Positions 1 to 8,579 of a stretch of 64,000 nt of DNA are shown here, one piece after another (position 1 is the stretch's first letter; each line of letters begins with the position of its first letter). A program made the position numbers and the translations under genes. The stretch lies in assembly GCA_050253415.1 (NCBI GenBank), contig JBFWJC010000001.1, positions 1,544,679 to 1,608,678 of the forward strand, written 5' to 3'. The notes below the pieces were generated by a model. The model worked only from the letters and a program-made list of their open reading frames with translations, did no database searches and was not told the origin of the DNA. Source of the stretch: Pedobacter sp. (GTDB taxonomy: Bacteria > Desulfobacterota > Desulfuromonadia > Desulfuromonadales > Syntrophotaleaceae).

Positions 1-127
1 CCCGAAATTTGAAGTATGATCGGGCCGCCGGTATAAGCCGTTGCGGTCCATGACATGACGAGGACTGTCCCGCGCCGGACTCAGTTTGGACGAACCCGGG
101 GGCGAAAACCACATCAGAGAGGCACCA

Positions 128-2776
128 ATGAGCACTGATTTGTTATCAGAACAGGCTGAAATTGTTAATGAATTTCTTTTGGAAAGCAGGGAGATGCTGG
201 ATCATCTCGAACCCACGATCATCGAATTGGGGCAGAGTTGTCAGCTTGTCGATTGCTGGTTAACCAAGGAATGTACCAACGATGCGTGTCATAGGCATGG
301 TCGGTCTGTTGACATGCCCTGCTGGTTGCACACTGGATATGTTGAGGGGGGCGACCAGTCCTGCCTCCATGCCTCATCTGCAGAAGAATGCCGTTCCTGT
401 AGCGTTTTTCAATGTATCAACGGTCATGGCGAAACCATGAACGCCATATTCCGGCTGTTCCATTCCATGAAGGGTAGTGCCGGATTTTTGGAGCTGAACC
501 ATATCGCGCACGTCGCCCATGCGGCAGAGAGTCTGCTGGATTTGATCCGGGCCGGGAAAATTCAGATGATTCCCGAGCATGTTCAATACCTTTGCCAATC
601 TTGCGATTTTGCCAGGGAGGCGATGGATTACGTTGAACAGGAGTTGAATGACCAGGGTATGGAGGAGGCCGCCAATTACATTTCGGAATTGCTTGCGAAG
701 GCCGCCCAGGACGCGTTGCAAAGTATCCGATCTGTCGAGCCGGGTGAGCAAGATGGCATTGCTGAAGAGGTGGAAGATCCCGCAGTCGATGATGCCGGCG
801 ATCTCGATGATCTCATGCAGATGCTTATTTCTCCGGAAATGCTTGAGCGATTTGTTCAGGAAGCTGACGAGTTGTTGCAGAATGTTGAACAAGGTCTGCT
901 GGCTTGGAGTGATGATAATCTTGATGCTGAGGGGATCGCGGAGCTGTATCGTAATGTACACAGCTTTAAAGGTAACAGCGGCTTCTTCAGTTTCAGTCAT
1001 ATGGAAAAACTTACGCACCAGATGGAATCCTTGCTTGATGTTGCCAAGGAAGGTCGGGAATTTCCCAATGGTAGCCCTGCTGAAGCCTTGCTGGGCTGTC
1101 TCGACGCCCTTAGGGGCGCCGTGGCCGATGTGTCCCAGGAGGGGGGGAAGGGCATCATTGAGGACTTGGACGAATACCTGAAACAGCTGGCGCATTACGT
1201 TCCCAGCGAAGATGCTGACACCGCCTCTGCCGAGGGGGGTGGTGATGAGACCAGTGTTGCCCGGTCAGCGGAAGACACACTGCGGGAGTCGGTTTCGCCA
1301 AACACTTCCGCTTCCCTGACAGAAGAAAATGAGCAGGGATCCCGTTCCGAGCGTTCGTCTCGATTGCTCGGAGAAATCCTCATCGAGGAGGGTTTGGCCA
1401 GCGAAGATGAGATCGATGAAGTTATCGAAGAGCAGCGCAAACCTTTGGGGGAGCTGCTTGTTGCGCGTGGCAAGGTGCAGCCGGAACAATTGGCCAAGGC
1501 TCTCGAAATCCAGAAAGGCGGCAGCCCCGTCAAGCAAGCCACCGAACCTCCGGCGGCAGCCAAGGCCAAGGCCAAGCAGCCAGCTATGAATCGCCAGGAT
1601 ATACGTGTCGATCTCGGCAAGCTTGACGACCTGATTAACCTTATCGGGGAAATGGTCATTGCCGAAAATATGCTGTTGCGCAGCCCCGATATCGAAGGTC
1701 TGGAGCTGGATAACTTTAACAAGGCCGCTCAGCAGATGAGCAAGCTGGTCCGCGATCTGCAGGAAATGGCCATGGTTATTCGGATGATCCCGGTATCCGG
1801 TCTGTTTCGTCGTATGATCCGATTGGTGCATGATTTGTCGGTCAAGTCCGGCAAAAAGGTCGATCTGCAGTTGTTCGGCCAGGAAACGGAAGTCGATAAA
1901 ACAGTCATTGAGCAAATTACCGATCCTCTGGTGCATCTGCTTCGCAACTCCCTCGATCATGGGCTTGAAACGCCTTCTGAGCGTACCGCCTGCGGAAAAG
2001 CCGAGAAAGGTGTGGTCAAGCTCTCGGCCCGGCATCAGGAAGGGGAGGTGTGGATTGAGGTGGAAGATGATGGGCGCGGACTCAATCGCGACAAAATTCT
2101 GTCCAAGGCCATCGGCAAGGGATTGGTTGCAGGCGATGGCAGCCATCTCAGCGAAAAGGAAATTTTCAACCTTATTTTCCAGCCCGGTTTTTCCACTGCC
2201 GACAAAGTGACCGACGTTTCAGGCCGGGGTGTCGGCATGGATGTCGTTAAGAAGAATCTGGAAAAGATCAAGGGCAAGATCGAGGTGCAAAGTACACTGG
2301 GTCAAGGGTCGCGTATAACCTTGAGAATCCCTCTGACTCTGGCAATTATAGACGGGATGTTGGTGCGCATCGGACAGTCCCGTTGCATTGTGCCGCTTCT
2401 TTCGATCCGGGAAATTTTCCGGCCGACCAGCGAAGACATTACGGTCATGCCCGATGGCCTGGAGCTGGCAAAAGTCAGGGACAGTTTTCATCCGGTTATC
2501 TATCTCGACAGGCTGCTGGAAGAGCCGGCGGATTACAAATCGATTGAAGATGGCGTTTTGATTGTCGTTGAGTATCAGGATAAGTACCTCTGTCTTCTTG
2601 TTGACGAAATCCTCGGTCAACAACAAACCGTCATCAAAGGCTTGTCCGATTATATCGGGAATGTGCGGGTTGCTTCCGGATGTACCATCCTCGGCAATGG
2701 CGAAGTCTGCCTGATTCTCGATGTGGCTACCTTGGTGGAAGAGCACGTGGGGCAAAGACACTTGCAGGCCCAATAA
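128..2776 (+). CDS. cheA: Chemotaxis histidine kinase CheA (two Hpt domains, Cys-rich insert, MshEN-like motif)
   Basis: Hpt motifs IFRLFHSMKGSAG and LYRNVHSFKGNSG; dimerisation IRVDLGKLDDLINLIGE; HATPase DPLVHLLRNSLDHG, EDDGRG, GFSTA..SGRGVGMDVV; C-terminal CheW-like domain. ATG 128 follows GAGG. Confidence 0.97.
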   Translation: MSTDLLSEQAEIVNEFLLESREMLDHLEPTIIELGQSCQLVDCWLTKECTNDACHRHGRSVDMPCWLHTGYVEGGDQSCLHASSAEECRSCSVFQCINGHGETMNAIFRLFHSMKGSAGFLELNHIAHVAHAAESLLDLIRAGKIQMIPEHVQYLCQSCDFAREAMDYVEQELNDQGMEEAANYISELLAKAAQDALQSIRSVEPGEQDGIAEEVEDPAVDDAGDLDDLMQMLISPEMLERFVQEADELLQNVEQGLLAWSDDNLDAEGIAELYRNVHSFKGNSGFFSFSHMEKLTHQMESLLDVAKEGREFPNGSPAEALLGCLDALRGAVADVSQEGGKGIIEDLDEYLKQLAHYVPSEDADTASAEGGGDETSVARSAEDTLRESVSPNTSASLTEENEQGSRSERSSRLLGEILIEEGLASEDEIDEVIEEQRKPLGELLVARGKVQPEQLAKALEIQKGGSPVKQATEPPAAAKAKAKQPAMNRQDIRVDLGKLDDLINLIGEMVIAENMLLRSPDIEGLELDNFNKAAQQMSKLVRDLQEMAMVIRMIPVSGLFRRMIRLVHDLSVKSGKKVDLQLFGQETEVDKTVIEQITDPLVHLLRNSLDHGLETPSERTACGKAEKGVVKLSARHQEGEVWIEVEDDGRGLNRDKILSKAIGKGLVAGDGSHLSEKEIFNLIFQPGFSTADKVTDVSGRGVGMDVVKKNLEKIKGKIEVQSTLGQGSRITLRIPLTLAIIDGMLVRIGQSRCIVPLLSIREIFRPTSEDITVMPDGLELAKVRDSFHPVIYLDRLLEEPADYKSIEDGVLIVVEYQDKYLCLLVDEILGQQQTVIKGLSDYIGNVRVASGCTILGNGEVCLILDVATLVEEHVGQRHLQAQ

Positions 2777-2849
2777 TTGGTCCGTATGGACATGTGATGC
2801 ATGTCGGTGGCTTCAACCGCAAAACAAAGACCTACGAAGGGGGAACTAT

Positions 2850-3326
2850 ATGACTGCTGGAGCGCATACAAATATGATGGCTGATGTAAATGCTTCGTCC
2901 GAGGATACACTGCACGGGAAATTTCTTGTGTTCAAGGTCGGTAACGAGGATTTCGGCATTGAGATTCGCCATGTCACCGAAATAGTGGGCATTCAGAAAA
3001 TCAATGAAGTCCCTGACCTTCCGGGGTATATGAAGGGCGTAATTAACCTCCGCGGCAGGGTTATACCGGTGATGGATATCCGCACCCGGTTCGGCATGCC
3101 TGGTCGTGACTATGATGAGCGTACCTGTATCATCGTTGTCCAGGTTGAAGGAGAAACTTCCGGTCTGATTATTGATCAGGTCAAGGAAGTGACGGAAATC
3201 GCTGATGACCAGATTGAACTGCCCCCGGCCAGAGCGGCGCAAGCCGGGCAATATGTCAAGGGCATCGGTAAGGTTAGTGATGAAGTAAAAATTCTGCTGG
3301 ACGTCCAGAGATTATTTTATGCCTGA
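2850..3326 (+). CDS. cheW: CheW coupling protein
   Basis: FLVFKVGNEDFGIEI..GVINLRGRVIPVMD motif; directly follows cheA. Confidence 0.95.
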   Translation: MTAGAHTNMMADVNASSEDTLHGKFLVFKVGNEDFGIEIRHVTEIVGIQKINEVPDLPGYMKGVINLRGRVIPVMDIRTRFGMPGRDYDERTCIIVVQVEGETSGLIIDQVKEVTEIADDQIELPPARAAQAGQYVKGIGKVSDEVKILLDVQRLFYA

Positions 3327-4194
3327 TACCAAACGGGATTTGCCGACAGTGTTTCCTGATAGCGGCGTTTTGATGAGCATCACGAATGAAGAGTTCGAGT
3401 TGCTGCGTTCGCTCATTTATAAGCGTTTTGGAATCAACCTTACGGAACAAAAACGCTCACTTCTGGTTGGCAGATTACAGAAAGTTCTCAGGCAAAGTGG
3501 TCATGCCAATTTCAAGAGTTACTATGAGGCCTTGCAGGATGATCCGACGGAACAGGCTCTTAGTAAACTTGTTGATCGTATTTCCACCAATCATACATAT
3601 TTCAACAGGGAAAAATCGCATTTTGAATTTTTTGTCGAGAATGCGCTTCCAAATCTGACGGCAGCGTTGGAGAAGCAGAATATCCGGGATTTGCGGATCT
3701 GGTGTGCCGGTTGTTCCAGCGGTGAAGAAGCTTATATGCTGCTGATGTTAATGCGCGAATATTTCGGAAACAGATATTCCCAGTGGGATGGCGGTATTCT
3801 GGCCACTGATATTTCTTCGCGGGTGCTTGATATTGCCAAACGTGGCGTCTACCCGGAGGATCGGGTGAAGATGTTGCCGGAGCCACTGTTGCGCAAGTAT
3901 TTTCGCAAGTTGCCGGATGGTCAGTACGAAGTCATCGAAGATATACGGCGGGAAGCTACGTTCCGGCGTTTTAACCTGATGAATGAAGTTTTTCCGTTCA
4001 AAAAGCCGTTTCATATTATATTCTGCCGGAACGTTATGATCTATTTTGATGATCCGACCCGAAAAACCCTGGTGGCGAAGTTTCATAAACACACCGTCCC
4101 GGGGGGGTATTTCTTTCTGGGCCATTCCGAAACCCTGGGGCGCGGGCAGGATCTGTATAAATATCTTGCTCCTGCCGTCTACCACAAACAGTGA
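3319..4194 (+). CDS. cheR: Chemotaxis methyltransferase CheR
   Basis: TNHTYFNRE, RIWCAGCSSGEEAY, ATDIS, IFCRNVMIYFD, LGHSE motifs; alternative start at 3373. Confidence 0.96.
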   Translation: MPDTKRDLPTVFPDSGVLMSITNEEFELLRSLIYKRFGINLTEQKRSLLVGRLQKVLRQSGHANFKSYYEALQDDPTEQALSKLVDRISTNHTYFNREKSHFEFFVENALPNLTAALEKQNIRDLRIWCAGCSSGEEAYMLLMLMREYFGNRYSQWDGGILATDISSRVLDIAKRGVYPEDRVKMLPEPLLRKYFRKLPDGQYEVIEDIRREATFRRFNLMNEVFPFKKPFHIIFCRNVMIYFDDPTRKTLVAKFHKHTVPGGYFFLGHSETLGRGQDLYKYLAPAVYHKQ

Positions 4195-4207
4195 TTAGAT
4201 ATAGCCG

Positions 4208-5269
4208 ATGACAAAAATCATACGTGTTCTCGTCATAGATGATTCGGCCCTGGTTAGGCAGATTTTGAGCCAGGGGTTATCCATGGATCCTTGCATCGAA
4301 GTGGTCGGAACGGCTGGAGACCCCTATGTGGCGCGGGATAAGATTGTCAAACTTCAGCCCGATGTGCTTACTTTGGATGTCGAAATGCCACGCATGGACG
4401 GTGTTGATTTTCTTCGTCGTCTGATGCCTCAATATCCGCTGCCCGTGGTTATGGTCAGTTCTTTGACCCAGAAGGGAAAGCAGATCACCCTCGATTCGCT
4501 GGATGCGGGTGCCGTTGACTTTGTATCCAAACCGACCAGTGATATAGCTCGTGGACTGAAGGATATGCTGCTGGAATTACGTGCCAAGGTTAAGTTGGCA
4601 GCTTCCGCCAATGTTTCTCATTGGAAAGCGGCTCGATCTGCTGTTCCTTCACAACTCCAAACTCTGGGCAAGCGCGCCCTGGCCGAATCCACCGACAAGG
4701 TTATCGCCATTGGTGCGTCGACCGGTGGGACTGAGGCCATTCGAAAAATCATTGCACAATTTCCTGCTACCATGCCGGGGGTGGTTATTGTGCAGCACAT
4801 GCCTGCCGGTTTCACCCGTTTGTTTGCTGAGCGACTGAACCAGCTTTGTGCCATGGAAGTCAAAGAAGCTGAATCCGGAGACCGGATCATGCCAGGGCGG
4901 GTTCTCATCGGCCCCGGTGGGTTTCATATGAAAGTTGTCCGTTCCGGCGGTTTATACCAGGTGCGTTGTGAGCCTGGTCCGCCTGTAAAAGGCCACTGTC
5001 CCTCGGTTGATGTCATGATGCATTCCGTCGCCCAGCATGTCGGGGCGAATGCCGTTGGCGTCATGCTTACCGGCATGGGCTCTGACGGTGCCGAAGGGAT
5101 GAAAGCCATGCGTGATGCAGGGGCCCGTAATCTGGCGCAGGATGAGGCAAGCTGTGTAGTGTTTGGCATGCCAAAGGTGGCTTATGAAATGGGAGGTGCA
5201 CACTCCCTGGTGTCATTGGATAATATGGCAAACAGGGTTGTCGACCTTCTTTCGGAGCGGCGAATATGA
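4208..5269 (+). CDS. cheB: Chemotaxis methylesterase CheB (REC + methylesterase)
   Basis: REC domain (IDDS, TLDVEMP, KP); catalytic GASTGG, VQHMP, LTGMGSDGAEG. Confidence 0.97.
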   Translation: MTKIIRVLVIDDSALVRQILSQGLSMDPCIEVVGTAGDPYVARDKIVKLQPDVLTLDVEMPRMDGVDFLRRLMPQYPLPVVMVSSLTQKGKQITLDSLDAGAVDFVSKPTSDIARGLKDMLLELRAKVKLAASANVSHWKAARSAVPSQLQTLGKRALAESTDKVIAIGASTGGTEAIRKIIAQFPATMPGVVIVQHMPAGFTRLFAERLNQLCAMEVKEAESGDRIMPGRVLIGPGGFHMKVVRSGGLYQVRCEPGPPVKGHCPSVDVMMHSVAQHVGANAVGVMLTGMGSDGAEGMKAMRDAGARNLAQDEASCVVFGMPKVAYEMGGAHSLVSLDNMANRVVDLLSERRI

Positions 5270-5754
5270 GTGATATTATTTTGGGTATCGGGGATTATGG
5301 TGCATCCAAAGGCCCCGGTTCCATGGTAAAAACTTACGCATTGGGATCATGCGTAGCGGTTACCATGTATGATCCTGGCCTGCGAGTGGCCGGTATGGTA
5401 CCTATAGCCCTGCCGGAATCCAAGCTTAATCCTGCTAAGGGCGCGGATTGCCCAGGCTATTTTGCCGATTTGGGTGTTCCTTTGCTGTTTGAAGAAATGG
5501 TGCGCTTGGGTTGTCAGCGTAAAGGCCGTGGTTTGATTGTCAAGATGCTGGGTGGCGCATCTGTCATGGCCGGCAACGATACGTTTAATATCGGCAAACG
5601 CAATATTCTTGCGGTCAAGAAGATCCTGTGGTCGCTTGGTATGGGTCCGACGGCTGAAGATGTGGGTGCGAATCATAGTCGCACGGTATCGTTGTATGTA
5701 GATACCGGCCTGGTGACCGTGTCATGTCCCGGACGCGGGCAGTGGCAAATATAG
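5266..5754 (+). CDS. cheD: Chemoreceptor glutamine deamidase CheD (catalytic His apparently replaced by Pro)
   Basis: LGSCVAV, YFAD, KMLGGA, IGKRN, EDVG..SRTV motifs; GMVPIALP where GMxHxxLP is expected. Confidence 0.9.
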   Translation: MSDIILGIGDYGASKGPGSMVKTYALGSCVAVTMYDPGLRVAGMVPIALPESKLNPAKGADCPGYFADLGVPLLFEEMVRLGCQRKGRGLIVKMLGGASVMAGNDTFNIGKRNILAVKKILWSLGMGPTAEDVGANHSRTVSLYVDTGLVTVSCPGRGQWQI

Positions 5755-5762
5755 GGGGGGGC

Positions 5763-6641
5763 ATGGAACCAATAATATGCTGTGAAAATATCCGGGAGGC
5801 CATTGAAAAACTTCCAATGCTGTCACCCAATGTCAATCGCCTGCTGCAGATTATATCCGACGAAGATTATGAGCTTGACGATGTTGTCAATATCGTCAAA
5901 TATGATGCAGTGCTGACCGCCAAAGTATTGAAGATGGTAAATTCCCCCGTTTTCGGGTTACTGAATCCGGTTACCTCGCTCGACAGGGCTATCAGCTATC
6001 TCGGAAAGTGGATCGTTGTAAGTATCATTTTGTCGGACAATACCGGCGAGTTGTTCAGTCAGCCGCTCGAAGGCTACGAAGGGCAACAGAATGCGTTGTG
6101 GCGCCATGACCTTTTTGCTGCCTTTTCCTGTAGCGAAGTGGCCCGCCTGGCTAAACAGAGTTTTGAAACGGAACTTGCGTTTACTGCCGGCCTCTTGCAT
6201 GACATCGGTAAATTTGTCTTTGCACCTTTCTGGAAGGAGGCCGCGCCGGAAGCCCTGAAGCGAATCGCGGAAGGCAGCATTACCGATTATCTGGCAGCAG
6301 AACGGGCTCTGGCAGGAATGGACCATGCTCAGATCGGTTACGAGATGGCAAAACATTGGGAGTTTCCCCAGTCTCTACAGCAGGCTATTCTTTACCACCA
6401 TACGCCCCAAAACGCGCCGGAGGAATATCGCGCGCTTGCTTTTGCCGCCCATATCGGCGATATGTGTGCCATGATGGCAGGGTGTGATACCGGCAATGAT
6501 GGTATGCAATATCCGTTGGATAATGGCTACGCCGAGTACTTTGATGTGACTTCCAATTCCCTGGCGCAAATTCTTATGGAAGCGGAAGCTCAATTTAAAA
6601 AAGCAATTTCGTCTCTTTCCTTTGAAGAGGAGGTTGATTAG
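5763..6641 (+). CDS. HDOD domain protein
   Basis: LP..IVKYDAVLTAKVLKMVNSP..AISYLG; AGLLHDIGK; DHAQIG..W.FP..I.YHH. Confidence 0.93.
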   Translation: MEPIICCENIREAIEKLPMLSPNVNRLLQIISDEDYELDDVVNIVKYDAVLTAKVLKMVNSPVFGLLNPVTSLDRAISYLGKWIVVSIILSDNTGELFSQPLEGYEGQQNALWRHDLFAAFSCSEVARLAKQSFETELAFTAGLLHDIGKFVFAPFWKEAAPEALKRIAEGSITDYLAAERALAGMDHAQIGYEMAKHWEFPQSLQQAILYHHTPQNAPEEYRALAFAAHIGDMCAMMAGCDTGNDGMQYPLDNGYAEYFDVTSNSLAQILMEAEAQFKKAISSLSFEEEVD

Positions 6642-7012
6642 TGAAACGCATCGTCATTGCCGACGATTCGGCCACCGCCCGTATGGTTATACGGCGGTGC
6701 CTGGAGATTATCGGTTTGGGAGACGCCGGGATGGTAGAAGTGCCCAACGGCCGGGAAGCTTTGGCGCGTCTCAAGGAAGAACCGACCGACCTGTTGGTAA
6801 CAGACCTGAATATGCCTATCATGGATGGGGAAACATTGCTCAAATGGGTCAAAGGCAGTCCTAAGTTGACCGATGTTCCGGTGGTCGTGATTACCAGTGC
6901 CGGCAACCCTGCCAAAGAGGCGCTGTTGACGGAATTAGGTGCATTTGCCGTTCTTGATAAGCCTATTTCGCCAGCCACGCTGCTGAAAAAGCTCGAACCG
7001 CTGATGCAGTGA
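6641..7012 (+). CDS. cheY: Single-domain response regulator (CheY-like)
   Basis: IADDS, VTDLNMPIMDG, ITS, DKP; GTG overlaps the upstream TAG. Confidence 0.9.
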   Translation: MKRIVIADDSATARMVIRRCLEIIGLGDAGMVEVPNGREALARLKEEPTDLLVTDLNMPIMDGETLLKWVKGSPKLTDVPVVVITSAGNPAKEALLTELGAFAVLDKPISPATLLKKLEPLMQ

Positions 7013-7025
7013 ACAGAGAGGGATA

Positions 7026-7502
7026 ATGAGCCAAAATTTTGATGAACTTGTCCGACAAGCCATTGCCGTGACCCTTGAGAATATGGCCTTCATGGAAGTT
7101 TTGCCGCAGTCGGACGAAACAGCTCCCGAGTCGGCAGATAACAGTATGTCTGCCCGATTGCTGGTACTTGATCCTATCCAGGCGGAAATGATTCTGACCT
7201 TTCCGATGCAATTATTGAGAAATATCATAGATGTCGTTCATGCCTTCCCGGAAGAGGAAGTGGCTGAGCAGATTCAGGCTGATATGCTCGGAGAGTTGCT
7301 CAATACCATTGCAGGACGCTTACTCAACGACTTTATCCCCGGTAATCAGTCGTATCGTCTTGGATTGCCGGAGGTCAGCCAGGACCAACCCGGTTTGTGC
7401 GATGGTCCCAGTAAAACATGGAAATACGACGTTGAAGGTGAGCCGCTGACTTTTGCTATTGTCGGCACCGGCTTTTTCCCCAACGATTCGGTCTCGGTCT
7501 GA
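7026..7502 (+). CDS. CheX/CheC-like phosphatase
   Basis: DMLGELLNTIAG (ExxN phosphatase motif); lies between two CheY genes. Confidence 0.75.
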   Translation: MSQNFDELVRQAIAVTLENMAFMEVLPQSDETAPESADNSMSARLLVLDPIQAEMILTFPMQLLRNIIDVVHAFPEEEVAEQIQADMLGELLNTIAGRLLNDFIPGNQSYRLGLPEVSQDQPGLCDGPSKTWKYDVEGEPLTFAIVGTGFFPNDSVSV

Positions 7503-7553
7503 AATTAAGAGTTGGTATAGGCTTTACAATTTTATGGAAGAATGGAGAACATC

Positions 7554-7925
7554 ATGGGAAAAAAAGTGTTGATTGTAGATGATTCGAATACCATGAGAAA
7601 AATCGTGGCGCGTTCTCTGCGACAGGCAGGGTTTGAGTTTGACAAATTGTTGGAGGCCGCCGATGGCCAGGCCGCGCTGGAAGCTCTGGCCGGTGAATCG
7701 GTCGATATTATTTTGAGCGACATCAATATGCCGGTTATGGATGGTATTGAATTTCTCCGTCAAAAAAATGCGGATGCGCAGATTAAAGGGATTCCTGTGG
7801 TGATGATTACCACGGAGGCAGGATCGGATGTGCTTAACGAGGCGTTGTCTCTTGGTGCAGTCGGTACCATAAAAAAACCCTTTACGCCGGATCAGGTGCA
7901 AGAGGTGTTGGGTAAGTTCCTGTGA
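7554..7925 (+). CDS. cheY: Single-domain response regulator CheY
   Basis: VLIVDDS, LSDINMPVMDG, MITT, KKPF; GGAG upstream. Confidence 0.93.
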   Translation: MGKKVLIVDDSNTMRKIVARSLRQAGFEFDKLLEAADGQAALEALAGESVDIILSDINMPVMDGIEFLRQKNADAQIKGIPVVMITTEAGSDVLNEALSLGAVGTIKKPFTPDQVQEVLGKFL

Positions 7926-7940
7926 TAAGGAGAGTTTTCC

Positions 7941-8399
7941 GTGGATTTAGCCAAGTGTATTTCAGAGGCAACGCAAGAAATTTTTCAATCGATGTTGATG
8001 ACCGAGGCCCGTCCCGCGGCACCCCTTCAGACGCGTTCCCACAAGTTTAATGATTCGGTGTCGGGGTTGGTCGGCCTTGCCGGCAATTATCGGGGCATGC
8101 TCGCTATTCATTTGCCCAATGCTGTTGCAATGAGCATTACCAGTAAGTTCCTGTTCATGGACGTCGAGGAAATTAACGATGATGTTAAAGACGCCATCGG
8201 TGAACTTGCGAACATGTTGGCCGGCAGTGTTAAAACCATGCTTACAGACACGGGTACTGGAATCAAACTGGCTATCCCTTCAGCTATATGTGGGGCGGAA
8301 TACGAAGTTGAGTGTCTTGCTGAGAGTGAAGGGGTCATCATGCCCTTCAGTATGGATGACGGTGAATTTCTGGTTGAATGTTACCTCCAGAACAGTTAA
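7941..8399 (+). CDS. cheX: Chemotaxis phosphatase CheX
   Basis: VSGLVGLAG..DAIGELANMLAG..IP; AAGGAG before the GTG start. Confidence 0.9.
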   Translation: MDLAKCISEATQEIFQSMLMTEARPAAPLQTRSHKFNDSVSGLVGLAGNYRGMLAIHLPNAVAMSITSKFLFMDVEEINDDVKDAIGELANMLAGSVKTMLTDTGTGIKLAIPSAICGAEYEVECLAESEGVIMPFSMDDGEFLVECYLQNS

Positions 8400-8408
8400 T
8401 GGTGTTTT

Positions 8409-8474
8409 AAACCGCCAGTTTGGCAGCTTGAGTGCCCCCTAGGGTACTTGGTTGCAAAGCTGGCGTTTTATTTT
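8409..8474 (+). terminator. Long imperfect hairpin followed by a T-rich run after cheX
   Basis: cgccag/ctggcg, gcagc/gttgc and tgagtgccc/gggtacttg (G-U pairs on + strand), then TTTTATTTT. Confidence 0.55.
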
Positions 8475-8579
8475 AGGTTTTTATTTCCGGTATCCTGAGA
8501 GCCGGAACGACTGGTCGTTCAGGAACAAGGATAAGAATTCATCCACCCCCTTTCTTCTTGGAAAGCAGTACTTACAGGA

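Noticed and set aside
8419..8456. Sigma54-like GG-N10-GC motifs upstream of the 8580 gene
   Set aside because: Poor match to TGGCAC/TTGC, and fully explained by the arms of the hairpin.
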